Shown here in pieces: positions 38,530-52,003 of a stretch of 64,000 bases of DNA; positions within the stretch are counted from its first letter, which is position 1, and every line of letters starts with the position of its first letter. The position numbers and the translations under genes are program-made. Location of the stretch: contig OX597829.1 in assembly GCA_951406725.2 (NCBI GenBank), forward strand, positions 51,274,001 through 51,338,000, given 5' to 3'. The DNA is from Octopus vulgaris (taxonomy: Eukaryota). The notes under the pieces were generated by a model, which saw only the letters and a program-made list of their open reading frames with translations, made no database searches and had not been told where the DNA came from.

Positions 38530-39189
38530 TATAAGAGTTTGTGTGAATTTGTATGTATGCGAGATGTCTTTCTGGACATATTTCTCCTATGTAAATATTG
38601 ATGTATATTCATGTTGCCAAGCATGACCTAGTGTGCATTTTTATGTGTGTATATATAGGTGTGTGTTTATATATATATATAATATGATATGTATGTATAT
38701 GTATGCACACATGCATTCATACATGTGTGAGTATGCATGCAATTCATTAATATCCATTAATATATTTTAAGAAAGAAAAACGAAAAAAATCAAAGAAGTA
38801 AATAGACTGAATTCAGTATAAATATGCAATAATTGATGTCCTTGTATCATAAATATTGAGGGGAAGGGGGTGGGGTGAAAGAAGAAGAAGAAGAAGAAAA
38901 AAAAAAAAAGAGAGAGACAAGGACTTTGTAATTTTTTTGTTTGTTTGTTGTTGGGTTTTTATTGTTTATTGTTTTTTTTCTTCTTTCTTTCTATGTTTCT
39001 TTGCGAAACTTTTACTAATTTACATTTTACAGTAAAGAAAGAAGAAAGGAAGGAAGGAAGGAAAAGAAATATTATATAAGTTGAGAAAATATAAAATTGG
39101 AGCAAAAAATTTTAATGTTAAATTATTTCTTTCTTTTTATCAACAAGAATGATGTGTTTCTGCCATATTGTTTCTTGTTTTGTGGCTAC

Positions 39190-39222
<33 letters not shown>

Positions 39223-39568
39223 CAAAGAGAGAGAGAGAGAGAGAAAGAGAGTATTGGGTGATGGGTTGGGGGTGGATAACAAAGATAAGAACCCCCTTAA
39301 AACAGAGTCCCAAGTGAATAACAAATGACAAATGTGGCAATTCGAAACGTCTGTTTAGAAAAGAATACCACGAGAAACACGGTAAAAATTATAATAAAAA
39401 AAGAAAATAGAAAAAAAAAAAAGAGGAAAAAAAATCAATTGACAATCTTCTTATTAGCTCATTATTGAACTCAAATTGAACTTTGCAATTTACTTAAAAG
39501 GAAATCTTTGAAATAAGTGTCTCACCACATAAGGAATATGCATATTATGTTATTGTGTGTGAGTATGA

Positions 39569-39569
<1 letters not shown>

Positions 39570-39609
<40 letters not shown>

Positions 39610-40086
39610 TGTACGTATGTATATATACATATACATATATATGAATGTACGTATGTATATATACATATACATATATATGTACGTATGTATATATATACGT
39701 ATACATATATATGTATGAATGTATGTGTACATATATATATATATACATGAATGTACGTATGTATATATACATATATATGTATGAATGTATGTGTACATAC
39801 ATATATATGAATGTACGTATGTATATATACATATACATATATATGTACATATGTATATATATACGTATACATATATATGTATGAATGTATGTGTACATAT
39901 ATATATATATATACATGAATGTACGTATGTATATATACATATATATGTATGAATGTATGTGTACATATATATGAATGTACGTATGTATATATACATATAT
40001 ATGTATGAATGTATGTGTACATGTGTATATATATATATGAATGTACGTATGTATATATATGTATACATATATATACATATGTATGA

Positions 40087-40122
<36 letters not shown>
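39570..40122. repeat. TA-rich compound minisatellite (atgaatgtacgtatgtatatatacatat units)
   Basis: Seen directly; source of the spurious YIYI ORFs. Confidence 0.9.
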
Positions 40123-40129
<7 letters not shown>

Positions 40130-40650
40130 TACACACTTTCACAAACATTGCTGTTCACACACACACACACATATATGTGTAGGTATGTATATATGTATGT
40201 ATAAGGTGTGTTTATGTTATGGTAAGGTATGTTATATATTCTGTTCTGTTACGTTTATGTTTTTTTTTATATATAATATGTGTTAAATGAAAAGTCTTAC
40301 AGAAACAGACAGGTGTGTCTGTAATAGGTTTGCTGGGGGTTTTTTTTTCTTGGTTTTTTTTTTACCTTCTGAAATGAGGAGAGTATGCAGAAATTGAGAC
40401 ATTATGAAGTGGGGGTTGAGTGGAAAATGGTGTGATGGAATTGAATCACAAGATTCATATATGTTATAATGCATGTGTACATGTATACATACATATATGT
40501 ATAATGCATGTGTACATGTATACATACATATATATAAACACACACACACACACATATATATATTTATATATATATATATATATGTGTGTGTATATATATA
40601 TATATATGTGTATACATATATATATATGTATATATATATACATATATATT

Positions 40651-40691
<41 letters not shown>

Positions 40692-40969
40692 TATATATGT
40701 GTATATATATATACATATATATATGTATACATATATGTGTATGTATGTGTGTATGTATATACATATACACAAACACATGCATTTTTCACACCAAACACTT
40801 GTGCACTAATGGTGCTGTTGTGCTCTGTCTCAAATGTAGTACTCGGTATGTCATCGGGTCGTGAAACAGCTCCATAAGTGTTTTAGAATCTTTCACCTAC
40901 ACACACACACACACACACATATATATATTCTTTCCCTCATTTCAGCTATGCGGCTACAGTCTTTCTTTT

Positions 40970-41385
40970 ATTCTTTTACGTGTTTCAGTCATTTGACTGT
41001 GGCCATGCTGGAGCACCTCCTTGAAGGGTTTTAGCCAAAAATATTGCCCCCCAGCACTTATTCTCTGTAAACCTGGTACTTATTCTATCGGTCTTTTTTG
41101 CCAAACCACTAAGTTACAGGGATGTTAACACACCAACATCAGTTGTCAAGCAATGGTTGGGGAACAAACATAGATACACACACGTGAATATATAAATACA
41201 TATATATATATATATATATAGAATGGGCTTCTTTCAGTTTCCGTCTACCAAATCCACTCACAAGGCTTTGGTCGGCCCCAGCCTATAATAGAAGACACTT
41301 GTCCAAGGTGCCATGCAGTGGGACTTAACCTGGAAGCATCTGTTTGGGAAGCAAATTTCTTAGCACATAGCCATGCCTGCACCTA
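40970..41385 (-). mobile_element. SINE family A (older copy)
   Basis: Reverse copy with internal (TA)n. Confidence 0.7.
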
Positions 41386-43465
41386 TATATGTATATATAT
41401 ATATATATCATGTAATGGCTGCAAGCTCATGTTTGAGTATTGTCATCACCTGATTGCAAGTCCCCCACACGTGAAGGCTACAACCAGCCATTTTTGTGAT
41501 AGGTCTTTTTTTTTTTTCAAGCGATGCCTGTACATGATGATCTTTTATAGAAAGGATTTGCACAGATCCAATCCCACTCTCTGGATATGGACGATATAAA
41601 CTCGAAAAGAATAACTAGTCTACATCATTGAATATTGTCAGTGTCGCAAATTTTCTCTCTGAGTTTCCCTCTCCTAGAGAGATGTTGTGACAACAACAGA
41701 GGAGCCCCACCCCCACAATCCCAGTGGATCAACCACACACCTGGACACCAATCCAGGTATTTCCATGTCCCCACACATACATAGATGTACACATATTGTT
41801 GGATGGCCATTGACTGCTCATAAGTTCTTCCACTCTTTGATATATATATATGTATACACACCACACACACATATATATACAGGTGCAGGCATGCCTGTTT
41901 GATCAAGAAGTTTGCTTCCAAATCATGTGCTTTCAGGTTCATTCCCACTGCATAGCACCTTGTCCAGGTGGATTTGGCAGACAGAAACAGTAAGCCCATC
42001 ATATATGTGTGTGTGTGTCCAAATTGTGCATTTGAAGGCATAATTAATGAATAAGATGAAGCGTTGCTGATGCTTTCTCTTATAAATGGTATTTTGCGTA
42101 ACACTACATTTACATGTGGTATAGGTGCCAGTTGTTGTTGTTGTTGTTGTTACTATTGTTCTTGTTATTGTTTCAGATAGTCAACAGTTATAGTTACAGT
42201 TGAAACATTCTTCAGTTATTCCATTCCCCCTCCACACACACACCTTACCGCTAACAGCAGTGAAAAACGTTTCTCTTTGAAGTAGCTTCTTACACATAAC
42301 TCCACAGAGGCTCACAGGGATATGCTGTTGATATGATATGATATGAATTGTTGAATTTTTCTATAAGGATATCAGCATTTTATTTACTCGGTTAGCTATG
42401 CATGCATACATATATATTTATGTATACACACACATATATATATATATCTGTTATCTTTTCTTTCACTTGTTCCATTGTTTAGACTACAGCCATGCTGGGG
42501 CACTGCCTTAAAGAAGTTTAGTCAGACGCATCAACCCCAATACTTTTTTTTTAACCCTGGTACTTATTCTATAAGTGTCTTTTGCTGAACCACTAAGTTC
42601 TGGGGACACATATATACTCACCAACACCAGTTCTTAAATGGTGGTGGGAGAAAAACAGACACATATACACACACACTTGTGTGTCTGTGTATATATGTAT
42701 GTATGTATGTATTTATACAAGAGGCTTCTTTCAGTTTCTATCGACCAAATCCACTCACAAAACTTTGGTTGACAGTTGAAGACACTTGCCTAAGGTGCCA
42801 CACAGTTACCCTATATATATATATATATATATATATGAGTGTGTGTGCACACTACATAATAGATAATTAATTTGACTTGGTCTGTTCCCGGTGGAGTGAC
42901 ATCTCATCACTTTTATTCTTGAGCATCATAATGTGTCTTTTCATTTTTCTTTAAAATAAACCAACACAGATAGGGCATTGCAATTCCTAGACCAGTTGAG
43001 GTCATTGGGTTGCAATAGTGGCTAGCATTCATGCAATGTGTTATGTAATGATACACGCACAAGTAAACCATATTCAAATTAGCAATCCCCACTTCTCTGA
43101 AGTTACTGGTTTGTGTAAACAGTTTGGCTACTTATTTCTGTCAAGTGATGCAGACATCTCTGATAAGACCTCAATAAGGCTTGAAAATCAGTTAAGGTTG
43201 TATATAATTTTTCTTCAATCTACAGAATGATAGTTAAATTTGTCTTCTTTATATATTTGCTATGTAGGTTTTATATATATATTTAATGTAAGCAAAAAAT
43301 TGTCTGCATTTACTAACTCAATACCTATTGAATCATTGATAACAGACTTTCTTTTGCAACAAGAATAAATCTGCAAATTGCAACTATTTAGTCTACAGTT
43401 GTTGTTAACTCTATGGAGTTCTCGTTAGATTTCTAGTCTCTTTCATCTTAGATTTTTTAAATATT

Positions 43466-43509
<44 letters not shown>

Positions 43510-43511
<2 letters not shown>

Positions 43512-43741
43512 GGAGTAAACACATAAATGTGAAACAAGGTGGAAAAAAGAGTACTCAAATACCAGTGGTAGAGTAATATGCTTTATTTAAAGCAGCAGAA
43601 AATTCAACAAAACCAGTTACTCTGAGTTTCCCGTTGCCATTCATCGGACAGTTTTTGCTATCTAGCAAAAACTGTCCGATGAACGGCAACGGGAAACTCA
43701 GAGTAACAGGTTTTGTTGAATTTTCTGCTGCTTTAAATAAA

Positions 43742-43742
<1 letters not shown>
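43510..43742. mobile_element. Penelope-like fold-back element in (TA)n (80-bp arms plus about 70-bp tail)
   Basis: Arms 43581-43660 and 43663-43742; TA flanks; hammerhead motif in each arm; relatives at 44585-44818 and 60617-60782. Confidence 0.72.
43666..43715 (+). ncRNA. Minimal type-I hammerhead ribozyme-like motif (CCGAUGA core variant)
   Basis: caaaaactgt-CCGATGA-acg gcaa cgg-GAAAC-tcaga-GTA-acaggttttg: stem I closes, short stem II, palindromic ACTC-A-GAGT stem III. Confidence 0.6.
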
Positions 43743-43805
<63 letters not shown>

Positions 43806-44103
43806 AAATCTATGTGTGAGAGAGAAAGGATTCTTTAGGATACATAAGATATCATATATAATATAAATAAAAGACATTTGTAAATGGGAACATGTTTTAT
43901 ATCTTGTTTTGAAAACATTTTTTTATCAACAGCCAATAACTGAATAAGCCAAAACAAAGCAAGGTATAAAAAAAAATAACAGAAGTTGATGTTTGATACT
44001 TGTACCTGGAATCACAGGGCAAAAGTTCTAGCCATTGGCCTCTATTATTTCTTAAAACTTGTATTGTTTTGGTTTTATAATTAAAAAAAATAATTGAAAA
44101 AAC

Positions 44104-44136
<33 letters not shown>

Positions 44137-44532
44137 TATGCACAGGCACATGCATACATACATACAAACTAGTGTGTGTGTGTGTGTATATGCAAAAGTT
44201 GTATTTTTGAATCAACTTGTTAGCTTGCCCAGCATGGGAGGTATCCCAGCTCTGGCCCTAAGTAGAGTTGCAAAAAATAATAATATAATGGAAATGCATC
44301 ATGAGAAAGTAAATACCAAAGTGAAAAGTTGCAGTTACTGTATATTTCATCAGGCTGTTGTGCAGAGTTAAGATTCTACCATGTTATGTAATATGTCATT
44401 AGTGTTGGGGGCAGGAAAGGGTCCATGTGACAGATCCATCTTAAATACAATGTACACTAGATATTCCTTCTTAAAAGTACAGTAGGACATGCAACTGAAA
44501 ACAACATAATGTAAAGGAAAGTAGCTGATTGG

Positions 44533-44583
<51 letters not shown>

Positions 44584-44584
44584 T

Positions 44585-44818
44585 ACTTTATTAAAAAGCT
44601 GCAAAAATATCACAAATATTGTTACTCAGTTTCACGTTTCCATTCATTGGACAGTTTTTAGAATCAAAACAAAACTGTCCAATGAACAGGAACGTGAAAC
44701 TCTGAGTAACAGTTTTTGTGATATTTTTGCAGCTTTATAATAAAGTATACTACCCTACTTTTGGTATTCGAGTATTAAGTTTTCCACTTTGTTTCACATG
44801 TATATGCTTACTCTGGTA
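44585..44818. mobile_element. Diverged copy of the Penelope-like fold-back element, opposite orientation
   Basis: Inverted arms; aaaactgt-CCAATGA-acaggaacgt-GAAAC-tctga-GTA-acagtttt at 44671-44717; tail homologous to 43510-43580. Confidence 0.68.
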
Positions 44819-45999
44819 TATATATATAGATGATGATGAATTCTCTTGTCGTGAACGACAAATGAGGTTTCAGTGAAATAAAGCATTAATCATGTTCTAT
44901 GGACACGAGTGTGTCTCTTGAGGCCTGCTGGTGCCTTGCAAACCTTTTGGCATATGGAACATTATGTAATAATGTATTCCCTGATGATCCATTCTGATTA
45001 AGCATCAAATGGCACATGGAACATATAATGCAGGATTCCAAGAAACATACATAAGAACTAATGATATAAACCTGTTTATTGTAATTTCTCACTTATATAT
45101 ATAAATATATAAAATCTAAAAAATGTTTTTATTAGCATGAAGACTGTGAGCATTAACTGCAAAAATAAGGACTCTCTACTAGTATAGAGTAAGATATTTT
45201 AACTAATTTTCTCAATGACTTTGCAGTTTTGCCTGTGGTTGGCTTTGGCAGATCGTAAATTCCACTCGTATGAAATAGAAATCCTAGTTTTTAGAAATTA
45301 TAGATCTAACTCTACATAATATTTAGATCTTACACCTATAAGAAAAATACCTATACATATAGATAGCACACTAAAGAGTAGCATTCACAGTTGATGGCAG
45401 CAACTGTTGGCAAGATTTCAGTCACTGCCCTTAAAATCTTACATGTATGTTATAATGAAGTCAAATGAAACAGTGATATTTTGAAATCATTTAATATGTA
45501 CGTTTCAGGTTTTTATGATGTATAATAGGAAATGCATCCATTACGTAAACCTTCCTCAGTTAAAACATTACAAAAATATTGGCATAACACAGAATTATAT
45601 ATATAATATATATATGTCTTTGGAAACAAGATGTTTCATTGCACACTATCTCACGTCTTGTAGCTATCAGCAAATAAGTACCAGGTGATATAAGAGTGAT
45701 AAACATTTCACTTAATGCTGCTGTAACCCAGACTTGAAACGTTGGTCTTTATGAACTCTTGTAGGAGGCATATATTTGATTTGAAATGGGTTGGTGTGTA
45801 GAGAAACAAAAAAATGCCTTGCCATGTGTAATTGTTTTTGTTTACATTACATGTTCGAATTATACCACGTGTGATTATTATATATGTGTGTTTGTGTGTA
45901 TGTATATACATATGTGCGTATATATCTACACATGTATGTATAACGTGTTTATACCCATATAAGTATTTGTGTGCATGTTTATTCATGCAACAATGCCAC

Positions 46000-46050
<51 letters not shown>

Positions 46051-47559
46051 CCTTCTGTCTCCATGGGATAAATAATAAAATCACTGCTGCCACATGTTAG
46101 TGGGTTTCATTTTTTTTTTTTATTTCTGTTTGTTGTTGCAATATTATTTTTTAAATTCTAGCAAAGACACTTAAAATTTAAAAAAAACAAAAACAAAAAA
46201 CCATGCAATGTTGTAAACTGCTTATCCCGACAAAACCAATTTGTTTTTTTTTTCTCTCATCATTTTTTTTTTTTTTTGTGCTGAGTATATTTTTCAAACT
46301 TCGACGGATATGAAACTCTTTTTATATATATATAACAATGTAAAAAGACTTCAAACACACACATTAAAAAAAAATAAATATTAAAATCCAAAAAAAAAAA
46401 AATTTTTTTTTTATGTTTGACAATTCCAATAAACCATAAATATTTTCTAATTAACATCACTTTGTCTTTTCACAATGCTGTTGTTTCAAGCTTTTTTCTC
46501 TTTTTTTTTTTTTTTTAAAATATCTACTGCCTCTTTTGAGTGTGTATGTGTGTTTGATTTTGAATTTATTATTTTATTATCCTTCCCACAATTCTTTCAC
46601 TTTCTTCCTGTAACTCTCCCGCCCCCCTATTTTTTTTGTTATTTTTTTCATGATTTTTAGATTGAAAAAAGTTTTACCATCATTATCCTCTGCCTCTGCC
46701 TTCTCCTTATCATCATCATCATCAACATCAAAACCATCAAATATTATCATGTGAAACTTGAGCATTTTCATTAAACCATATTTTCAATTTGAATTTGTTT
46801 ATCAATATATTATTAATATATTGTTTGAAAAAAATGTTATTGTTTTTTGTTCTTTTCTGTTTATTTTTAATATTATTATCTTATTATTTTATAAACAATA
46901 TTATTATTGAAAATACTTTATAATTATTAAGAAATCATTATTATTTAACAGTGTTAAAAAAATCATTATTAATATTGTTGTTGTTGTTGTTGTTGTTGCT
47001 TAGGGCCAGATCATCACTGATCAAGCAGACCTATTATCAAAGACATTCGACCCATAAGTACCTTTCCGTCTTTCTCCTTTGTGCAGGGAATCCAGGACCA
47101 TATTACTTGAGGGAGGCTTGACTGCTGTTTCTAGCAAATAGGACTAGAGCATAGTGTCTCCATCCTTGATATATATTACAAAGTAATGTAGCACCAGAAA
47201 TGGTTTAGCTATTTTTCATCATCATTAGTCCTCACTGAGGTAACGGTAAGTGACTGAGACCTTTGGCCTTATGCCATTCTTGAGAGGACCCATCAAGCCA
47301 AGTGAAATCATAGTCGTGCTCAATGCTGGTGTTATGTAAGTGGCACCTGTGCCTGTGGTGTGTCAAAAGCACCCGTTGCACTTTTGGAGTGGTTGGCATT
47401 AGGAAGGACAACCAGCAATAGAAACCATGCCAAATCAGATTGGAACCTGGTACAGCTCTCCAGCTTACCAGTTTCAGTCTAACCCATGCCAGCATGGAAA
47501 GCAGATGCTAAATGAATGATGATGGGCTTAATAATAATAAGAAGAAGAAGAAGAAGCTT

Positions 47560-47930
47560 ATTTGTATACACTGCAACTCAACAGAAAAATTAGCCAAAAG
47601 GGCATGAACAGTGAATAAATCATTGAAAAGGGAAGTGGGAATTTGGTGTACTGTTGGTGTAGATCAGGAAGCATGGAAGTTTTGAAGGATGTATCCCAAC
47701 TGCTAACAACTGATGCGAATAGTTTATTCTACGCTTCAGTAATTCAGGGTGTGAAAAATAATTTCAAAAGTCATGGTGCTGTGTTGTTTTTTTGATTTTG
47801 TAAGTATGTCCAAAACTGTTAGACATATGAAATTCAAAAAGATACCCAAAGTTGTTTTACCCCAGGGTATTATGAGTTAAAGCTCCCACAGGAGTCTGTT
47901 GTCTTTGCATTTCAACTCTAGAATCAATAA
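47560..47930 (-). mobile_element. Degenerate CR1/L2-like LINE 3' fragment
   Basis: Minus-strand FFTP.ITEA*NKLFASVVS...SFK resembles the CR1 C-terminal 'FF..RV...WN.LP..VV' motif. Confidence 0.45.
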
Positions 47931-47973
47931 ATAATGGCCACTTTTTATGGAAATATAGAAATGGTGTTAGGAA

Positions 47974-48341
47974 GGCGCAGGAGTGGCTGTGTGGTAAGTA
48001 GCTTGCTAACCAACCACATGGTTCCGGGTTCAGTCCCACTGCGTGGCACCTTGGGCAAGTGTCTTCTGCTATAGCCCCGGGCCAACCAATGCCTTGTGAG
48101 TGGATTTGGTAGACGGAAACTGAAAGAAGCCTGTCGTATATACGTATGTATATATATATGCGTGTGTTTGTCCCCCTAGCATTGCTTGACAACCGATGCT
48201 GGTGTGTTTTCGTCCCCGTCAATTAGCGGTTCAGCAAAAGAGACCAATAGAATAAGTACCGGGGTCGATTTGCTCAACTAAAGGCGGTGCTCCAGCATGG
48301 CCGCAGTCAAATGACTGAAACCAGTAAGAGAGTAAAAGAGT
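47974..48341 (+). mobile_element. SINE family A, full length
   Basis: High identity to the other copies. Confidence 0.82.
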
Positions 48342-50122
48342 ATGGCAACTTGGACAAGTATCTTCAACTATAGCCCCAGACTAACTCAAACCATGCAAGT
48401 AGAATTGGTAGATGAAAAGTGAAAAAGGCCATCATATTATCATCATGTTCATCATTTTAACATTCAATTTTCCATGTTTGTGTGGGTTGGATAGAATTTC
48501 ATTGAGGCCAAGTTTTTACAACCAGATGCCCTTCCTGTTGCCAACCCTTCTGTGTTTCCCAGTGACCAGACATGTTTACATGGAAGTGAATGGAGAACAC
48601 CACTTGCATAGCAGTGACATTTGTTTATAACTATCACACAGTGTCATGGCAAGGAGACAGTAGTATGCATATACACACACACCCATACATATACAATGGG
48701 CTTCTTTCTGTTTCCATCTACCAAATCTACTCAAGGATGCTCTTCCTAACACCAACCGCTCAGCAGAGTGAACTTAGTACTTTTTACATGGCACAGGTGA
48801 GTCAGTTTTGGCAAGGTTTTTTATAGCCAGATGCCCTTCTGAACACCAACCACTTAACTGTGTGGACTGGGTATGTGTATAAAGATTTGGTCATACAAAC
48901 AGGAGAAATTAAACTTGAATAGAAAAATATTTACTCTTAAATATTATCTACAAAATTACTCAAGGTCTGAGAACTTCAAGCTTTGATAGATTGATATGTA
49001 CAAAGCATGAAACCCAGACATTGAATCATACATGGAGCTTCACAGTTAAATATATGGATGTAAATATAATCATGTAATTAAGCCATTATCATATCCTTGT
49101 AGACATGTCTAGTTATGTGGCCCTAAAGGCTTTTAACAGAGTCTGCTTTGTTACAGACATTTGAAGCAGGTCTCAGATCTGAGAGTAACTTACTTGTGTC
49201 TTCCTCCTTTTCTCTCACACCATGACCTCTTGGAGGTCATGAAAAAGCTTACATGCAGTTCACCTTCTCTCTAAACCAGTGCTTCTGAACCTCTTTGATT
49301 CTCATTTTACTCTACTGGACCCTCACGGTTATTTGATGCTTAAAGAAATCCTATTATATTTTTATAATTAAATATTATTAAGGATTGTATTAAAAATTGT
49401 TAAGATATTTTATGCATTGTAGCATTATAAACCAGTCTATTTCACTTGAATTTTTAATGACAAAATCTTATGTGGACCTCAAAAGGTAATTTGGACCTTG
49501 GTTGAGGACCATAGAAATAAAGTAATCGTTATTCATAGTCATAGGAGATTCGGATTATGATGCTAGCAGTGTTAATATGATGAAAATCATCATTTAGCGT
49601 CTGCTTTCCATGCTAGCATGGGTTGGACGGTTCAACAAGGGTCTGGGAAGCCAGAAGGCTGCACCAGGCCCAGTCTGATCTGGCAATGTTTCTACAGCTG
49701 GATGCCCTTCCTAATGCCAACCACTCTGTGAGTGTAGTGGGTGCTTTTTACATGCCAGACGAGTCTGGCAAACAGCCACGCTCGGATGGTGTTTTTTATG
49801 TGCTACCGACACAGGTGCCGGACGAGGCTGGCGAACGGCCACGCTCGGATGGTGTTTTTTTTTTTTTTAAATAAACACCAAATTTGAAAGATTTATTTCT
49901 CCATTCTTGTTTGGATATTTGCTGGTTGAAGAGATTTCCTTCTAGCTGCTCTACAACATCAGTTGCCTTACAATGTGGATTCATCATCATCATTGTTTAA
50001 CGTCCGCTTTCCATGCTAGCATGGGTTGGACGATTTTGACTGAGGGCTGGCGAACCAGATGGCTGCACCAGACTCCAATCTTGATTTGGCAGAGTTTCTA
50101 CAGCTGGATGCCCTTCCTAACG

Positions 50123-50310
50123 TCAATAATCCAATTGACATCCCAAAGACACTCAGATCAAGATGCTGTTGTGTTTCTTTTCTTTGCTGGTGAATTGTAC
50201 AGTCACTCTGTTGACTGTAGCAAGAAGAAGCTTTGGTTTTGTGCAATCTTACACTAAGTCTTCCCTCAGATTCACCCACAATATGTCCTCTTTGAAAATC
50301 GGACATCTCC
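50123..50310 (-). mobile_element. Tc1 transposase 5' fragment
   Basis: MSDFQRGHIVG resembles the N-terminus of the Tc1 relic at 33.4 kb. Confidence 0.55.
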
Positions 50311-50549
50311 TTTGCTTCTGGTAATTGTAATATGGCTAGTTGCTATAAACAACAACACTCACTGTAATGTAAAATGTAGTGTCTGCACTTATAAAATTAT
50401 AAAATGAGGTGGGGCTTACTTTTGAGGGTGAGAGTAAGGAAGAAAAATAAGAGAACCAGGTGAGCTGGAGGGGAAAAATTAAAGCGAGGGAAGAGCTAAA
50501 GGATAAAGGCAGGATAATTGTTTTAGGAATGGATGAAGGAGTTGCTCAT

Positions 50550-50770
50550 TTAACCCTTTCGTTACCAACCTGGCTGAAACTGGCTCTGGCTCTGAGTACA
50601 AATATTTTGTTTCCATAAGTTCTGAATTAAAATCTTCCACCAAAGCTTAGTCACAGTTTATGTTCCTAACACTAGCTTAATGATAACTAAGTTATTTTAC
50701 TAAATTCTTTGTCATATTTAAAGTAATTGAAAGAAACAGAGCATCTCAATAGAAATATGGTAACGAAAGG
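50550..50770. mobile_element. TTAA-type MITE
   Basis: ttaaccctttcgttacc ... ggtaacgaaagg TIRs. Confidence 0.75.
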
Positions 50771-52003
50771 TGATGCTGTGTTTCAAAATGAAAACAAAAC
50801 ACGGAACTTTGTTCCGTCTATGTAAATCCAGGACGTACAGAGATAATAGGCACTGAAAAAGAAATGATGGAGTGTCTTGTGTTGATGTGGATAGCAAGAG
50901 CTTGGTTTGGCATAATGGGTTCTGAAAAGTTCCTGGGTTTGGGTAAAAGATAATACACGAGGATTAGTTAATTATGGCTTTATTCAACATATTCCCCTCT
51001 CAGATTCATACACTTATCGAAGGCTGCAAGCTGGCAGAAATGTTAGGATGCCAGCCAAAATGCTAAGCAGTATTTCGTTTGTCTTTACATTCTGAGTTCA
51101 AATTCCACCAAGGTCAACTTTGCCTTTTATCCTTTTGGGGGTTGATAAATGAAGTACCAGTTGTGTACTGGGATCGATCTAATTGACTAGCTCCCTCCCC
51201 CAAAATTTCAGGCCTTGTGCCTAGAGTAGAAAAGAGTCCTACACTTATTTCAGTGCTCCTTCAGTCTTTCTAAGTCCTGTAAAAGAACTTGGAAGGCTGG
51301 GCTTCCAACCAGGCTTTTCGGTGCCCATCGGATATAAAAGGATACTAGAAAAGTGTTCATGAAAAGGATCAATAAGCTGATGCCACTAATGTAAAGAAGA
51401 CTGCAAAGTTTGCAGATGATGCTGGATGCAATGTTCTTTCTCTCTACAGAAAACAAACCATTAATATATTACCAACAGTGTTGATATTTTGCCCCAGATT
51501 TAAAGCAGTGAGCTCGTGGAATTATTAGCGGCAAGCTGGCAGAATCGTTAGCATGCCGGTTGAAATGCTTTGCGGTATTTTGTCTGCCGTTACGTTCTGA
51601 GTTCAAATTCTGCCGAGGTCGACTTTGCCTTTCATCCTTTCGGGGTCGATTATATAAGTACCAGTTACGCACTGGGGTTGATATAATCGACTTAATCCCT
51701 TTGTCTGTTCTTGTTTGTCCCCTCTGTGTGTAGCCCCTTGTGGGTAATAAAGAAATAAGAATTATTAGCATCCCAGGCAAAATGCTTAACAGCATTTCAT
51801 TTGTTTTCATGTTCTGAGTTCAAATTCTACTGAGGTCAACTTTGCCTTTTGTTCTTTCAAGGGTCAACAACATAAATAACTAGTTGACCACTGGTTGATA
51901 TAATCGATTTACCCCTCCCCCCAAATTTCCGGCCTTGTTCCAAAATTAGAAACTGATATTTAACCCCAGATCAATTCCAACTCGACCTTGCCAGGCCACA
52001 TTA

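Noticed and set aside
39517-40877. Numerous long YIYI/HTHT ORFs
   Set aside because: Translations of TA/CA micro- and minisatellites
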